64,000 nt of DNA, from NCBI GenBank assembly GCA_964578535.1, contig CAZODI010000001.1, forward strand, positions 108,338 to 172,337, given 5' to 3'. Positions 7,357-16,798 of the stretch are shown piece by piece (position 1 is the stretch's first letter; each line of letters opens with the position of its first letter). Position numbers and translations under genes: made by a program. The notes below the pieces were generated by a model. The model was given only the letters and a program-made list of their open reading frames with translations. It was not told the DNA's origin and made no database searches. The DNA comes from an uncultured Syntrophaceae bacterium (lineage in GTDB: Bacteria; Desulfobacterota; Syntrophia; Syntrophales; PHBD01).

Positions 7357-9000
7357 TTACGCATTCGCCCTGGAAATGCCGTACCGTGCCATCTTCCGGT
7401 ACAGCGTCGAGCGGGCCATGCCCAGCGAACGGGAAGCGCGGGAGAGGTTCCACTTGCACATCCCGAGGGCGGCCCGGATGCGGCGCCGCTCCCTGGAGTC
7501 GAGCGATTCCGTGTGGCAGCCGCCGGCGATATCCTCCTTGAGGTCCCCGGCTTCGATCACCCGCCCTTCCGAGAAGATGCAGGCCGTCTCGATCGCGTTT
7601 TCCAGTTCCCGCACGTTGCCGGGCCAGGAATAGTCAAGCAGCGCATCCATGGCCCGGCTCGACATCTCCTTCGCTTCCCCTCCGTGTCTGTCGCTCATTT
7701 TCCGGAGGAAATGGCTCACCAGCCGGGGGATGTCCTCCCGGCGCTCCCGCAGGGGCGGGATGTGAAAGGATATCACGTTGAGGCGATGGTACAGGTCGCC
7801 CCGGAACCGTTTTTGTTCCACCATCTCCTTCAAGTCCCGGTTCGTCGAGGCGACGACCTGGACATCGACCCGCTGAGGCCTGCCGCCGCCGAGAGGGATC
7901 ACCGTCTTGTCCTCGATGACCCGCAGCAGATAGGCCTGAAGGTTCATGCTCATTTCGCTGATCTCGTCGAGATAGATGGTTCCGCCCGCCGCCTGTTCGA
8001 AACGGCCCGGGCTTCCCCCCCGCCTGGCTCCCGTGAAGGCCCCCGCTTCATAGCCGAAGAGTTCGCTCGCCGTCAGATCGGGTGGGATGGCCGCACAGTT
8101 GACGGCCACGAAGGGGTGTCGCCGTCGCGGGCTGTTCTCGTGAATGAAGCTTGCCAGAACCTCCTTGCCCACGCCGCTTTCCCCCGTGATCAGCTTGGTC
8201 GAATCGTATTGCGCGGCCTTCCGGGCCTTCCCGAGGAGCCGGCCGATGCCGGCGGAGCCGAATATGAACTCGCAATGCGTCCGGACCCATGCGGACGGGT
8301 CTTCCCCTCCGGGAAAACGGACACCCGCGGCGGTCCTTGCGCCCGCCCGGGGTATGGACGGAAGGGAAGGCCTTGGCGTCCAGTTCGTTCGAACGGCCGG
8401 CTCCGGGGCGTATCTCAGTCTTTCTTCGATCATGCCGGCGATGGACTGCACGATGCCCAGTGCAAATATGTGAAAATGCTTGATGAAACAGGTAAGGCAC
8501 ACGGCTCCGGCGATTTCCCCCGTGAAGGGGTCCCGGATCACCGTTGCCGCATTGGCCGAGTCCTGCCACTGCTTGACGAAATTCTCCTCTCCGATGACAC
8601 AAATGGGTTCACCGGTGGCAAGAGAGGTTCCGATCGCGTTGGTTCCGATGTATTCCTCGCTGCAGCTTGTTCCGATATTGAAGCCGCAGCGCATCCCGCT
8701 CTCGGACCACCGGTCGTTTCCCGTGCCGGCGACGATGACGGCCTTCTCGTCGGCGATGGCCACCACGAAGCGCGACAGTTCGAGCATGGGGTGGAATTTT
8801 TCCAGGATGGGCGTTGCCGCGTCGACAAGTCTCCTCACCTGCTGGGACCGGTCGTTGATGTATTCTTTGCTGAATGTGACGGGAGCTTGCTTGATGTCCT
8901 GATTGATGCCGACGGCGATGCTCCTCTCCAGGGAACAATCAATCTGCCGACGAAACATGCGCCTCAGGTACGGCATGGTGTCCCGAACTGTCACGGACAT
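7357..9000 (-). CDS. sigma-54-dependent transcriptional activator, AcoR-type GAF sensor + AAA+ + Fis-type HTH
   Basis: Motifs seen: Walker A GESGVGKE, the GAFTGA loop (YEAGAFTGA), GTNAIGTSL in the sensor domain, and a C-terminal HTH (RSTLYRKMARYGI). Start set at ATG 9000 (MSVTV...), preceded by AGGGGGA; the longer ORF to 9177 has no RBS. Confidence 0.85.
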   Translation of the reverse strand: MSVTVRDTMPYLRRMFRRQIDCSLERSIAVGINQDIKQAPVTFSKEYINDRSQQVRRLVDAATPILEKFHPMLELSRFVVAIADEKAVIVAGTGNDRWSESGMRCGFNIGTSCSEEYIGTNAIGTSLATGEPICVIGEENFVKQWQDSANAATVIRDPFTGEIAGAVCLTCFIKHFHIFALGIVQSIAGMIEERLRYAPEPAVRTNWTPRPSLPSIPRAGARTAAGVRFPGGEDPSAWVRTHCEFIFGSAGIGRLLGKARKAAQYDSTKLITGESGVGKEVLASFIHENSPRRRHPFVAVNCAAIPPDLTASELFGYEAGAFTGARRGGSPGRFEQAAGGTIYLDEISEMSMNLQAYLLRVIEDKTVIPLGGGRPQRVDVQVVASTNRDLKEMVEQKRFRGDLYHRLNVISFHIPPLRERREDIPRLVSHFLRKMSDRHGGEAKEMSSRAMDALLDYSWPGNVRELENAIETACIFSEGRVIEAGDLKEDIAGGCHTESLDSRERRRIRAALGMCKWNLSRASRSLGMARSTLYRKMARYGISRANA

Positions 9001-9130
9001 AGGATGTTCCCCCTTTGGTCTCTGCGATTCGCGTCCCGGATATGGCAGGGGATGCCGCTCCATGCCGGCGCCGCTCTCATGGTTTTGCTTCCGTCGGCTG
9101 GAAGACTGTAAATGCCCTGGAAGTGAAAAG

Positions 9131-9697
9131 TCAAGGAGCTGCCGAACCGGCAATCTGAGGATCTCCGAGCACGACAAGGGCGTCCACCGCGACGGGGAGA
9201 TCGCCTTGAATGATCAGGGGATTGATGTCGATTTCGGCGATCTCCGTGATCTCCAGCCCGATCCTGCTCAGGTTCCGGAGAATCTCCGCCAGCCGGTCCC
9301 GGTTGACAGCCGGCTCCCCCCGGAACGGTTCCAGGAGCCTCCAGGCCCTGATCTCGGCGATCATTTCCAGGGCATCTTCGAGATCGAGGGGCGCGGTCCG
9401 GAATGCGACGTCCCCGAGCGCCTCCGTGAAGATCCCGCCGAGGCCGAACATGACGCACGGCCCGAGCTGCGGGTCCCGGATCAGGCCGGCGACGAACTCC
9501 CTCTTCCCCCGGATCATCTGCTGAACGAGAATGCCGTCGATCCGGCCTTTCCCGCGCTCCTCCATGGAGGCATAGGTCTCATCCAGAGCCTTTTCATCGC
9601 GGATGTCGAACGCGACCATGGTCACGATCGACTCGCTGGCCGCGCCGCTCTGGCCCAGGATCCCAATCGTCCCGGGGAGGCGGTGTCTTTCGCGGGG
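9131..9697 (-). pseudogene. Remnant of an ADP-forming acyl/acetyl-CoA synthetase family gene (internally deleted, N-terminally truncated)
   Basis: The 164-aa ORF matches only the C-terminal part of the ATP-grasp domain. The 25 codons upstream in the same frame read PGTIGILGQSGAASESIV, which resembles the SucD-type CoA-ligase motif PGxIGIVSxSGTL and normally lies hundreds of residues away. That frame runs directly into the stop codon of the caspase gene. Confidence 0.5.
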
Positions 9698-12600
9698 TTA
9701 CTGCCGCCGCACGACGTAGACGGATATGTCCTTGCCGAAATGGTTGATCACCGGCGTCTGCGTGTGGCCGGACTCTTTCGAATATCTTGCCGTACGCTCC
9801 CTGGCGTAGGCTCCCAGTTCGCGGATGCTCACCCGGCTGTCCCCGTCCGCATCGGCTGCCCGATTGTTGTCCAGTCCCTCCAGAAGGCTGTACGTGAAGA
9901 CCCCGTTCCTGCCCCGGTAGCCGTCCAGCGCCGCCTGCGTGGAGCTTGCCGATGCGAACATGTGCAGGCCCATGTTCCTCGCCATGACGGTCATTCGTGC
10001 ATCGTAAAGCCCGCTCACAAAGCGGTCGAGGCCGCCCGCGTGACAGGTGTCGAGAATGTAGATCTGCGTCAGTGACTTGATGTTCTTTGAAATTTCCATG
10101 ATCTCGTTTGAGCTGAGGAGGCTGCCACTGTCGAGCGTGCCGTTGTAGTCGTGGGTGACGATGGAGTAGAGGCCCGATTGAATGACCCCGTGGCTGGCCA
10201 TGAAGAGCACGAATACGTCGCCGGGTTTTACGGTCCGGGACAGCTCATGGATCCTGTCCTGAATGTTCCTCTTGGTCGCGTCGCCGTTGATCAGCGAGCT
10301 GATATGGATGTTTTCGCGACGGTATTGTGTCCGCGACTGCTCCTGAATTCTCCTGGCGAAGCTCTCCGCGTCCTTGACGGCGAACCGGAGATTGCTTTCC
10401 CGGGATTTGAATTCGTCGATCCCGACGGCCAGGATGTACATGCGGGGATCATCCGCCTTGAGGGTGGATCGGAACGTGGCCGTCTTCAGGATGCTCTGCA
10501 CGGAATTGCTCCTGTTGAAGGCCGCGAGGCTGACGTCGTTTTCTCCCGGGATGGCGTCCACGGTGATCGATCCTTCGTACACGTCGCCTTTCGGCACGGT
10601 TCTCATGAGGCCCAACCCGCTTTCCTGCCTGGCGACGAGGTTGATGCTGCGCAGGTCCTCCCGGATGGCCCGCGCGTTGTAGGAAAGAAGGGTCGCATTG
10701 CCTGCCGGTGCCGCCTTTGCCTGCCGGTAAAAACCGTCGGACTGGATGAGCTTGCCGTTGTGGAACAGGCGGACCTCGCCGATTCCGCCGCCGGCAGCCG
10801 TGATTCTGTAGCCGATGGTGACTTTTGTCTCCGCGGTTTCCTTCGGAACGCTCTGGAACGCAACCTGAGGCGGAGGATTTCGGAGGGCTTCCTCGATGTT
10901 CGTCGCATCCAGCGCGGCGGTGTCCTCACCCTTCAGTTTCGCCTCCACGATGTCAGGCCTGTAGAAGACATCGTAGAATTGCTCGAGGCCGAACACCCGG
11001 TTGCCCTGCCTGACATTGAGGAACGCGGGGCCATACCTGGACCCCTTGAAGGGACCCTCCGGAGTGATGACAACCCAGTCGTCGTCCATCAGACTGATGA
11101 ATTGGGCGATCTCCCTGCCGTTGGAAACGTCCCAGAGGCGGATCGTGCTGTCCCCGCCGCTGCCGTGATAGGAAATGGGCCGTATTCCAACGCCGCTCGC
11201 GGAAAGAACGTGCCGTCCGTCCGGATGGAAGGCCACGGAATTGACATTGCCCGTATGCCCCCGGAACGTCCTGATCTCGGAGCCGGTCACCGCATCCCAG
11301 AGCTTCAGGGTGGTGTCCTCGCTTCCCGATAGCACCTGCCGTCCGTCCGGGCTGAACGCCACGGACGTGACCCAGTCCGTGTGACCCCGGAATGTCCGGA
11401 TCTCCTTGCCGCTTTTGGCGTCCCAGAGCCTCAGGGTCCTGTCCAGGCCTCCCCCTCCGGACAGGATCTGCCGGCCGTCGGGGCTGAACGCCACGGCATG
11501 CACGAAATCCGAATGTCCTTTCATGATGACCGGCTCCCCGCCGGAGGCCAGATCCCGGAGCTTCAGAACGTAGTCCTCTCCCGCCGACACGGCGAACCGG
11601 CCGTCCGGGCTGAAGGCCTGAACGGCCATAGAGCCGGTTTTAACCTTGAAGGTTCGAATTTCCCGGCCGCTTTGCACGTCCCAGAGCCGCTGGGTGTCGT
11701 CCAGGCCCGTCGAAAGGGCCCGCTGCTTCCCGTCCGGGCTGAATAAAACGGAATTGATGCCCTTGGAGTGCCCCTTGAAGACCCGGATCTCACGGCCCGT
11801 CTTCACGTCCCAGAGCCGGATGGTCGTGTCTTCGCTTCCCGACAGGGCGAGCCTTCCGTCGGGGCTGAACGTCGTGGCGGTAACGGGGCCGGAATGTCCC
11901 GTGAACTTCCTGATCTCGACACCGCCGGCCAGATCCCAGAGCTTCAGGGTACGATCCGGGCCTCCCGACAGTGCAAGGCTTCCGTCCGGGCTGAAGGCCG
12001 TGCATGCCGCCTCTCGTGCAAATCCGATGAACACCTGCAATCGCCTGCCGTCGGCCGCGTCCCAGAGCAGCACGGCAAAATCGGCGCCGCCCGACAGGAT
12101 CTGCCGGCCGTCGGGGCTGAAGACGGCGGAGTGGACCCGGAAGGAATGCCCCTTGAACGTTCTCAACACGTTTCCGTCGGCATCCCAGAGCTTCAGGGTG
12201 TTGTCGAAGCTGCCGGACAGGAGTTGCCGGCCGTCCGGGCTGAACGCAACCGTCTGCACCCAGTCCGAGTGACCCCTGAACACCCGGATCTGCCGGCCGC
12301 TGGATGCATCCCAGAGCCTCATCGTTTTGTCGATGCTCCCCGAGAGGATGTACCGTCCGTCCGGGCTGAACGCCGCGGACCTCACCTCGTCGGAATGCCC
12401 CGTGAAGACCTTCATCTCACGGCCGCTGTAAGCATCCCGGAGCGTCAGGGTGTTGCTGAGACCGATGGACAGAACGGATCGGTGATCCGGACTGAGGGCG
12501 ACGACATCGCGCGAGTATCCCTGGATTTTCCCGATCTCCGCGCCGGTGGCGATGTCCCAGCGTGTCAGCGTGCCGTTCACGCTTCCCGCCAGGGCGTGCC

Positions 12601-13021
12601 TGCCGTCGGGGCTGAAGGCGGCGAAGGTGATCCAGTCGGCGCGGAACGTCCTGAGGGGCGCGCCGCTTGCCATGTCCCAGAGCCTCAGGGTATTGTCCCT
12701 GCTTCCCGACAGGGCGTACTTTCCGTCGGGGCTGAAGGCCACGGACGTGACCCAGTTCCGGTGTCCCCTGAAGGTCCTGATCTCCATGCCGCTGGACACT
12801 TCCCAGAGCTTCAGGACGTAATCTTCGCCCCCCGAGAGGGCATACCGGCCGTCCGGGCTGAAGGCCACGGCGTTCACTTTTCCCGAGTGCCCCATCTGTA
12901 CGAAAATGTCCGGCCTTTCATCGGCGGAGACGGCCTCCTCCGGCATCGCCCATGCCAGCACGGCGGCAAGCAGCAGGAGGATCAAGGGTCCGGTTCCCGT
13001 CCTGAAATCCGCAGATTTCAT
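9698..13021 (-). CDS. Secreted WD40-repeat (14 blades) protein with C-terminal peptidase C14 (caspase/orthocaspase) domain
   Basis: Start set at ATG 13021 (MKSADFRTGTGPLILLLLAAVLAWA, a signal peptide; AGGAAG RBS). There are 14 repeats of the form AFSPDGRxxLSGSxDxTLxLWD. The C-terminal domain has the His (FMASHGV) and Cys (ILDTCHAGG) dyad motifs. Confidence 0.85.
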   Translation of the reverse strand: MKSADFRTGTGPLILLLLAAVLAWAMPEEAVSADERPDIFVQMGHSGKVNAVAFSPDGRYALSGGEDYVLKLWEVSSGMEIRTFRGHRNWVTSVAFSPDGKYALSGSRDNTLRLWDMASGAPLRTFRADWITFAAFSPDGRHALAGSVNGTLTRWDIATGAEIGKIQGYSRDVVALSPDHRSVLSIGLSNTLTLRDAYSGREMKVFTGHSDEVRSAAFSPDGRYILSGSIDKTMRLWDASSGRQIRVFRGHSDWVQTVAFSPDGRQLLSGSFDNTLKLWDADGNVLRTFKGHSFRVHSAVFSPDGRQILSGGADFAVLLWDAADGRRLQVFIGFAREAACTAFSPDGSLALSGGPDRTLKLWDLAGGVEIRKFTGHSGPVTATTFSPDGRLALSGSEDTTIRLWDVKTGREIRVFKGHSKGINSVLFSPDGKQRALSTGLDDTQRLWDVQSGREIRTFKVKTGSMAVQAFSPDGRFAVSAGEDYVLKLRDLASGGEPVIMKGHSDFVHAVAFSPDGRQILSGGGGLDRTLRLWDAKSGKEIRTFRGHTDWVTSVAFSPDGRQVLSGSEDTTLKLWDAVTGSEIRTFRGHTGNVNSVAFHPDGRHVLSASGVGIRPISYHGSGGDSTIRLWDVSNGREIAQFISLMDDDWVVITPEGPFKGSRYGPAFLNVRQGNRVFGLEQFYDVFYRPDIVEAKLKGEDTAALDATNIEEALRNPPPQVAFQSVPKETAETKVTIGYRITAAGGGIGEVRLFHNGKLIQSDGFYRQAKAAPAGNATLLSYNARAIREDLRSINLVARQESGLGLMRTVPKGDVYEGSITVDAIPGENDVSLAAFNRSNSVQSILKTATFRSTLKADDPRMYILAVGIDEFKSRESNLRFAVKDAESFARRIQEQSRTQYRRENIHISSLINGDATKRNIQDRIHELSRTVKPGDVFVLFMASHGVIQSGLYSIVTHDYNGTLDSGSLLSSNEIMEISKNIKSLTQIYILDTCHAGGLDRFVSGLYDARMTVMARNMGLHMFASASSTQAALDGYRGRNGVFTYSLLEGLDNNRAADADGDSRVSIRELGAYARERTARYSKESGHTQTPVINHFGKDISVYVVRRQ

Positions 13022-13064
13022 ATGTCCGCTTCCTTTCCAGATACCGGCCGGGCCGGCGAAGGTT

Positions 13065-13496
13065 CTACAGCAGCAGGATGATATCGACAATGATCATCCC
13101 GATCAGCGCGATTCCGGCCAGAAAATTCAGGACTTCACTCATCCACCCCAGGCGCTGGACCCAGAGCCCGCCGAAGATGCCCAGGATATAACCCGCCAGC
13201 GCCCCGGCCAGCCCGCACAGCAGCCGTACCCCGTAAGCCGTCTTGTATGCGTGTCCGGTTCCCAGCCCCGCCGTGAATCCGAGAAAAACCAGAAAGAAAA
13301 AGATGCCCACGCGGAAGTCGTCAAAGGACGGCTTGATCCCCGCGTGAGAACGGATTCCGTGGACAACCAGAAACAGGACACCGCCCGTTCCCGCCAGGGC
13401 GAAGATCCAGCCGAGGATGGAACCCTTTCCCAGTGCCTCGGCGTACCCGGTGACGGAGGCCACGAGCGAGACTGCCAGGAGGATCGACAGTTCCAT
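13065..13496 (-). CDS. Small integral membrane protein (about 4 TM), hypothetical
   Basis: Trimmed to MELSILLAVSLVASV... The sequence is hydrophobic and Gly-rich with helix-like segments. It is co-oriented with and 43 nt upstream of the WD40-caspase gene. Confidence 0.5.
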   Translation of the reverse strand: MELSILLAVSLVASVTGYAEALGKGSILGWIFALAGTGGVLFLVVHGIRSHAGIKPSFDDFRVGIFFFLVFLGFTAGLGTGHAYKTAYGVRLLCGLAGALAGYILGIFGGLWVQRLGWMSEVLNFLAGIALIGMIIVDIILLL

Positions 13497-13700
13497 CTTG
13501 GCGTGGCCGGCAAAGGGCGATTCGACGATTTTATATTTAGGGAAAACGATGCGATACAGGAGAGAAGGGAAGAACTGGAAATGAAAAGACCACGAAAGCA
13601 GGCTGGGTGGCTGACTTGATCCGGGCATGCCGTCCCTCCTTTATGATCCGCCGGGGAGCCTTTCCAGGCGGAACCCGGCCGGACGATAATCTGATGCCGG

Positions 13701-14489
13701 TTATCCGAGCACTCCAAGGAACCAGTCCCGGAAATCGGACAGGGGCCCCAGCGGCGGCGAAGCGGGGGTGTTCTTCGAACCGGCTGTCTCTTGGATCCAG
13801 AATACGTTGATGCCGACTTCCATGGCAGGCTCCATGTCGTTGATCCAGTCGTCGCCCACCATGACGCACTCCTCCGGGCGCCGGCCGATGAGTTTCAGAA
13901 TTTCCCGGTAATAAAAAGGATTCGGCTTGGCCGAGTGCATGATTTCGTAAGATGTCACGAGCCGAAAGGGAAGGTCGGAGATGCCGGCCCAGTCCATGCG
14001 CTGCCTCATGGCCGTCTCCGGGAAGATCGGGTTTGTAGCAACGACCACCTCGCAGCCCGTGTCGATGGCGGTCTTGACAGCCAGGCGCGCCGCGGGGTTG
14101 GGACGGGTCAGCGAGCGCAGGCTGCCGAACCGCGACTCGTAGAATTCGTCGAAGAGGGGCATCATCTCCTCCGCCGTCCGCCCGACGCTCGGGAAGAAGT
14201 GATCCATGAACACCTGTTGATTGGTAAAGGCCGGATTCCGATTCTTCATCATCGCGTACGTTGCCCCGAGAAGCGCGGTGATGAACTTTTTCGGAGGGAC
14301 CAGGTGGGCCATGCCGGGGGTCAGCAGGTCAAAATACTCTTTTACGAAGCGCCTCATGTCGTTCACGAGGAGGGTGTCATCCAGGTCGAACAGTACTGCG
14401 CGAATCGTCTTGTCCACGTCACGATATCCTGTCTCCGCTCTCTTCCTCTCGATGTCCAAGGTTTTCCCCATATCTTGTGGAACGGTCAT
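13701..14489 (-). CDS. HAD-IA family hydrolase
   Basis: Motif I is VLFDLDDTLL and motif IV is VMVGDDWINDM. The start is uncertain (ATG at 14489, 14471 or 14594, none with a clear RBS). Confidence 0.7.
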   Translation of the reverse strand: MTVPQDMGKTLDIERKRAETGYRDVDKTIRAVLFDLDDTLLVNDMRRFVKEYFDLLTPGMAHLVPPKKFITALLGATYAMMKNRNPAFTNQQVFMDHFFPSVGRTAEEMMPLFDEFYESRFGSLRSLTRPNPAARLAVKTAIDTGCEVVVATNPIFPETAMRQRMDWAGISDLPFRLVTSYEIMHSAKPNPFYYREILKLIGRRPEECVMVGDDWINDMEPAMEVGINVFWIQETAGSKNTPASPPLGPLSDFRDWFLGVLG

Positions 14490-14774
14490 GGATTGGAGGA
14501 TTTCGGAAGGCGGCGTTTCGGTTTGATCCGGAAAAGATCTCCATTTTTCAGTGGGTTGAAGATACGGGATGGAGTCTTGAAAGTCAACGTCCATTCTGCA
14601 GATTCCGGAAATACCGGCCGTGCAGAAACAAAGGGGAGTCCGATGGCTCCGACGGTCAGGGTGGGGGAGGGGGCTCATGTTTTTGAGATTTCAAAACAAC
14701 CGGTTGGATGATAAAATGAGAACAAAGCGGATTCATTTGTCCTTTACAGCGGACCAGCCGGAGGGGGGAACACC

Positions 14775-15161
14775 ATGGGCGGCTTATTGGACGATCTCCG
14801 GAAGTTTTTCAGGAAGGGCCGTGCACAGGAACGGTTCTCGGTGACGGGCACAGCCATGGTCATCGTTGCCCCGGGTGAAGATGGGGAAAGGAAGGTGCGG
14901 ATTCTGGACATCAGCAAGGGAGGTTTGGCTTTCATTTATGATGGACCGAAGGAAAAACTGGTAGAATCGGGAATCATTCAGCTTCTTGCGAATAACGTAG
15001 TATTTGTGGACAAGGTTCAATTCGACACGGCTTATGACATTCCCCTGCAGGAAACAGAAGGTCAATATCGCCGCCGTGGGGTGAAATTCAGGTTCATGGG
15101 GATCTTGGATGACACCAAACTGGACTCTTTTATTAGAGAAATCAAGTCATTCGAATTGTAG
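14775..15161 (+). CDS. PilZ domain protein (c-di-GMP receptor family)
   Basis: 128 aa with an RxxxR-like region (RAQERF) and a D/NxSxxG motif (ILDISKGGLAF). Confidence 0.65.
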   Translation: MGGLLDDLRKFFRKGRAQERFSVTGTAMVIVAPGEDGERKVRILDISKGGLAFIYDGPKEKLVESGIIQLLANNVVFVDKVQFDTAYDIPLQETEGQYRRRGVKFRFMGILDDTKLDSFIREIKSFEL

Positions 15162-15253
15162 TTCAGATTTGTCGTTCGATTCTTTTGCGCATACCGGCCA
15201 GGTACATATCCGGGAACAACAAGCAAGAGGGAATTTCATGTCTTGAGCATCTG

Positions 15254-16195
15254 TCAGGCATGGAGCCCGCGCATCTTGATTTTTTCTACGATCCCTCCCC
15301 GTCTCAATAAGGAAGTAAATTCTTCATGGCTGATGACCTGTTTCAGGTATTCTATGTTGTTGTTGATGCTTTCTATATATAAATCATGATCGATTCCCCA
15401 CCTCACTTGAAAGTGTGACTTCATGTGCTTATGGACGCTTCCAAGGTCATATTCCAGCCGATTTAGTGTAGCATGATAAAACTGGAGAGTCTTCAAGAGC
15501 AGATCATATTCATTTTCATAATCGGCAATGCCCGCTTCCTTGAATTCATAATAAAGAAAGAGGAGTTTTTCGAGATAAAGACGATCGGCCATCTGTCCCA
15601 AAAGGTCTGCCGCACCGAGAATATTGCCAGCCGTTGCAACCTCTTGGTTGAGAAATCGTATTTCGTTGATTCTTTCGGTGAACCCTGTGCAAAGGAGGAT
15701 ATCACGGAATGTTTTCGATTCGTCAGCGAAACGGGGATGACCGGCAAAGTAATGGTTACAGAAATCGATGCTTCTCAGGATATGATCAATCGTATATTTT
15801 GCACCGGTACCGCTTGTATCATCGAGGGTTTGATTATAACCCGTATCGTGCATCAGCGCGCTGATGATGTCGATGTTGATCATTTTTTCTGAAAGTGGTT
15901 GATGATCGACAAAAGCACCATGAATCAGTCGTGCCGTCGCCAGAAATACTTCCATTGTATGACGCAAGTCATGGTATTCCGTGTTGCATGCCTGATATCC
16001 CGGATAACTGCCCTCAAAGAGCCTTATGATGTCTTCGAATACACGCGAGATTTCCCTTATCGAAAAAGAAGGGTCGATGCTGTGCAGAATGATTTCGACC
16101 TCATGAAATACACTTTCCGGATCGTTCATATCAACGAGGCCGATCAGTTTTTGTGTGCTGTTTTCCATTATTCCAATATTTTTCCTGCCATTCAT
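15254..16195 (-). CDS. HD-domain metal-dependent phosphohydrolase family protein
   Basis: 313 aa with H...HD...D signature residues (YHDLRHTMEV, ALMHDTGY). The gene is low in GC. Confidence 0.6.
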   Translation of the reverse strand: MNGRKNIGIMENSTQKLIGLVDMNDPESVFHEVEIILHSIDPSFSIREISRVFEDIIRLFEGSYPGYQACNTEYHDLRHTMEVFLATARLIHGAFVDHQPLSEKMINIDIISALMHDTGYNQTLDDTSGTGAKYTIDHILRSIDFCNHYFAGHPRFADESKTFRDILLCTGFTERINEIRFLNQEVATAGNILGAADLLGQMADRLYLEKLLFLYYEFKEAGIADYENEYDLLLKTLQFYHATLNRLEYDLGSVHKHMKSHFQVRWGIDHDLYIESINNNIEYLKQVISHEEFTSLLRRGGIVEKIKMRGLHA

Positions 16196-16798
16196 CGCCC
16201 AAACATCGTCGCGGGATGAATGGCATCTCCTGGGGAGTGAGGATGGAGGAAACTGAAATTCTCCTGATTGTTTATGCCGTCAGGTTCTATGCTGGATATG
16301 AGTCCTCCGGGTGGCACCTGACGCTCGGTGCAGAGAGCAGTTGCCCTGGCACAAGCGGAAAGAATTGACCGTTTCTGTCGGATCCCGAACGGGGTTGCCC
16401 GCCTGTTTTGAAGAGGGACGTTGGGACGAATATTCGGAGCGTTATACACTCTTCATCTGCGACGCCGCTGAAAAACCTCCCTTACCGTATTGGTAATCAG
16501 TCTATATCGATGGAGAAAAAAAGCACAATATACCGAAGGGTTTATTTTTCTATGCTTTTCGGTATAGATTGGGGCATGTTGAGTTCTCCCCCACGGAAAA
16601 TGGATCGGTTTCTGTGGGGCAGGTCTGTCAATATCAATAGATTCCAAATATTAAACAGCAGGAAGTGTGGTGGGCAATCGGATCGGAACAATCCCTGAAC
16701 AATGGAGCTTTTTAAATCGTCTATGCTCCAATTGAATCTGAAATCAATTACTCTAAGCAGCTGATGAAAAATTATGGACGTTTTTTAGTTGAATACCG

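Noticed and set aside
7270-9111. 613-aa plus-strand ORF over the sigma-54 activator locus
   Set aside because: The minus-strand frame carries Walker A, GAFTGA and HTH motifs. The plus-strand translation has none and is compositionally aberrant.
9900-12900. Highly repetitive nucleotide pattern (GCCTTCAGCCCGGACGG... units) as a tandem repeat or CRISPR-like array
   Set aside because: The periodicity is about 126 nt and lies entirely within one open reading frame encoding WD40 blades. There is no repeat-spacer structure.
15166-15195. T-loop-like GTTCGATTC near the left end of the low-GC region as a possible att repeat of selC
   Set aside because: It matches only about 9 nt and is on the opposite strand relative to the tRNA, so it is inverted rather than direct. 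It is too short to distinguish from chance.
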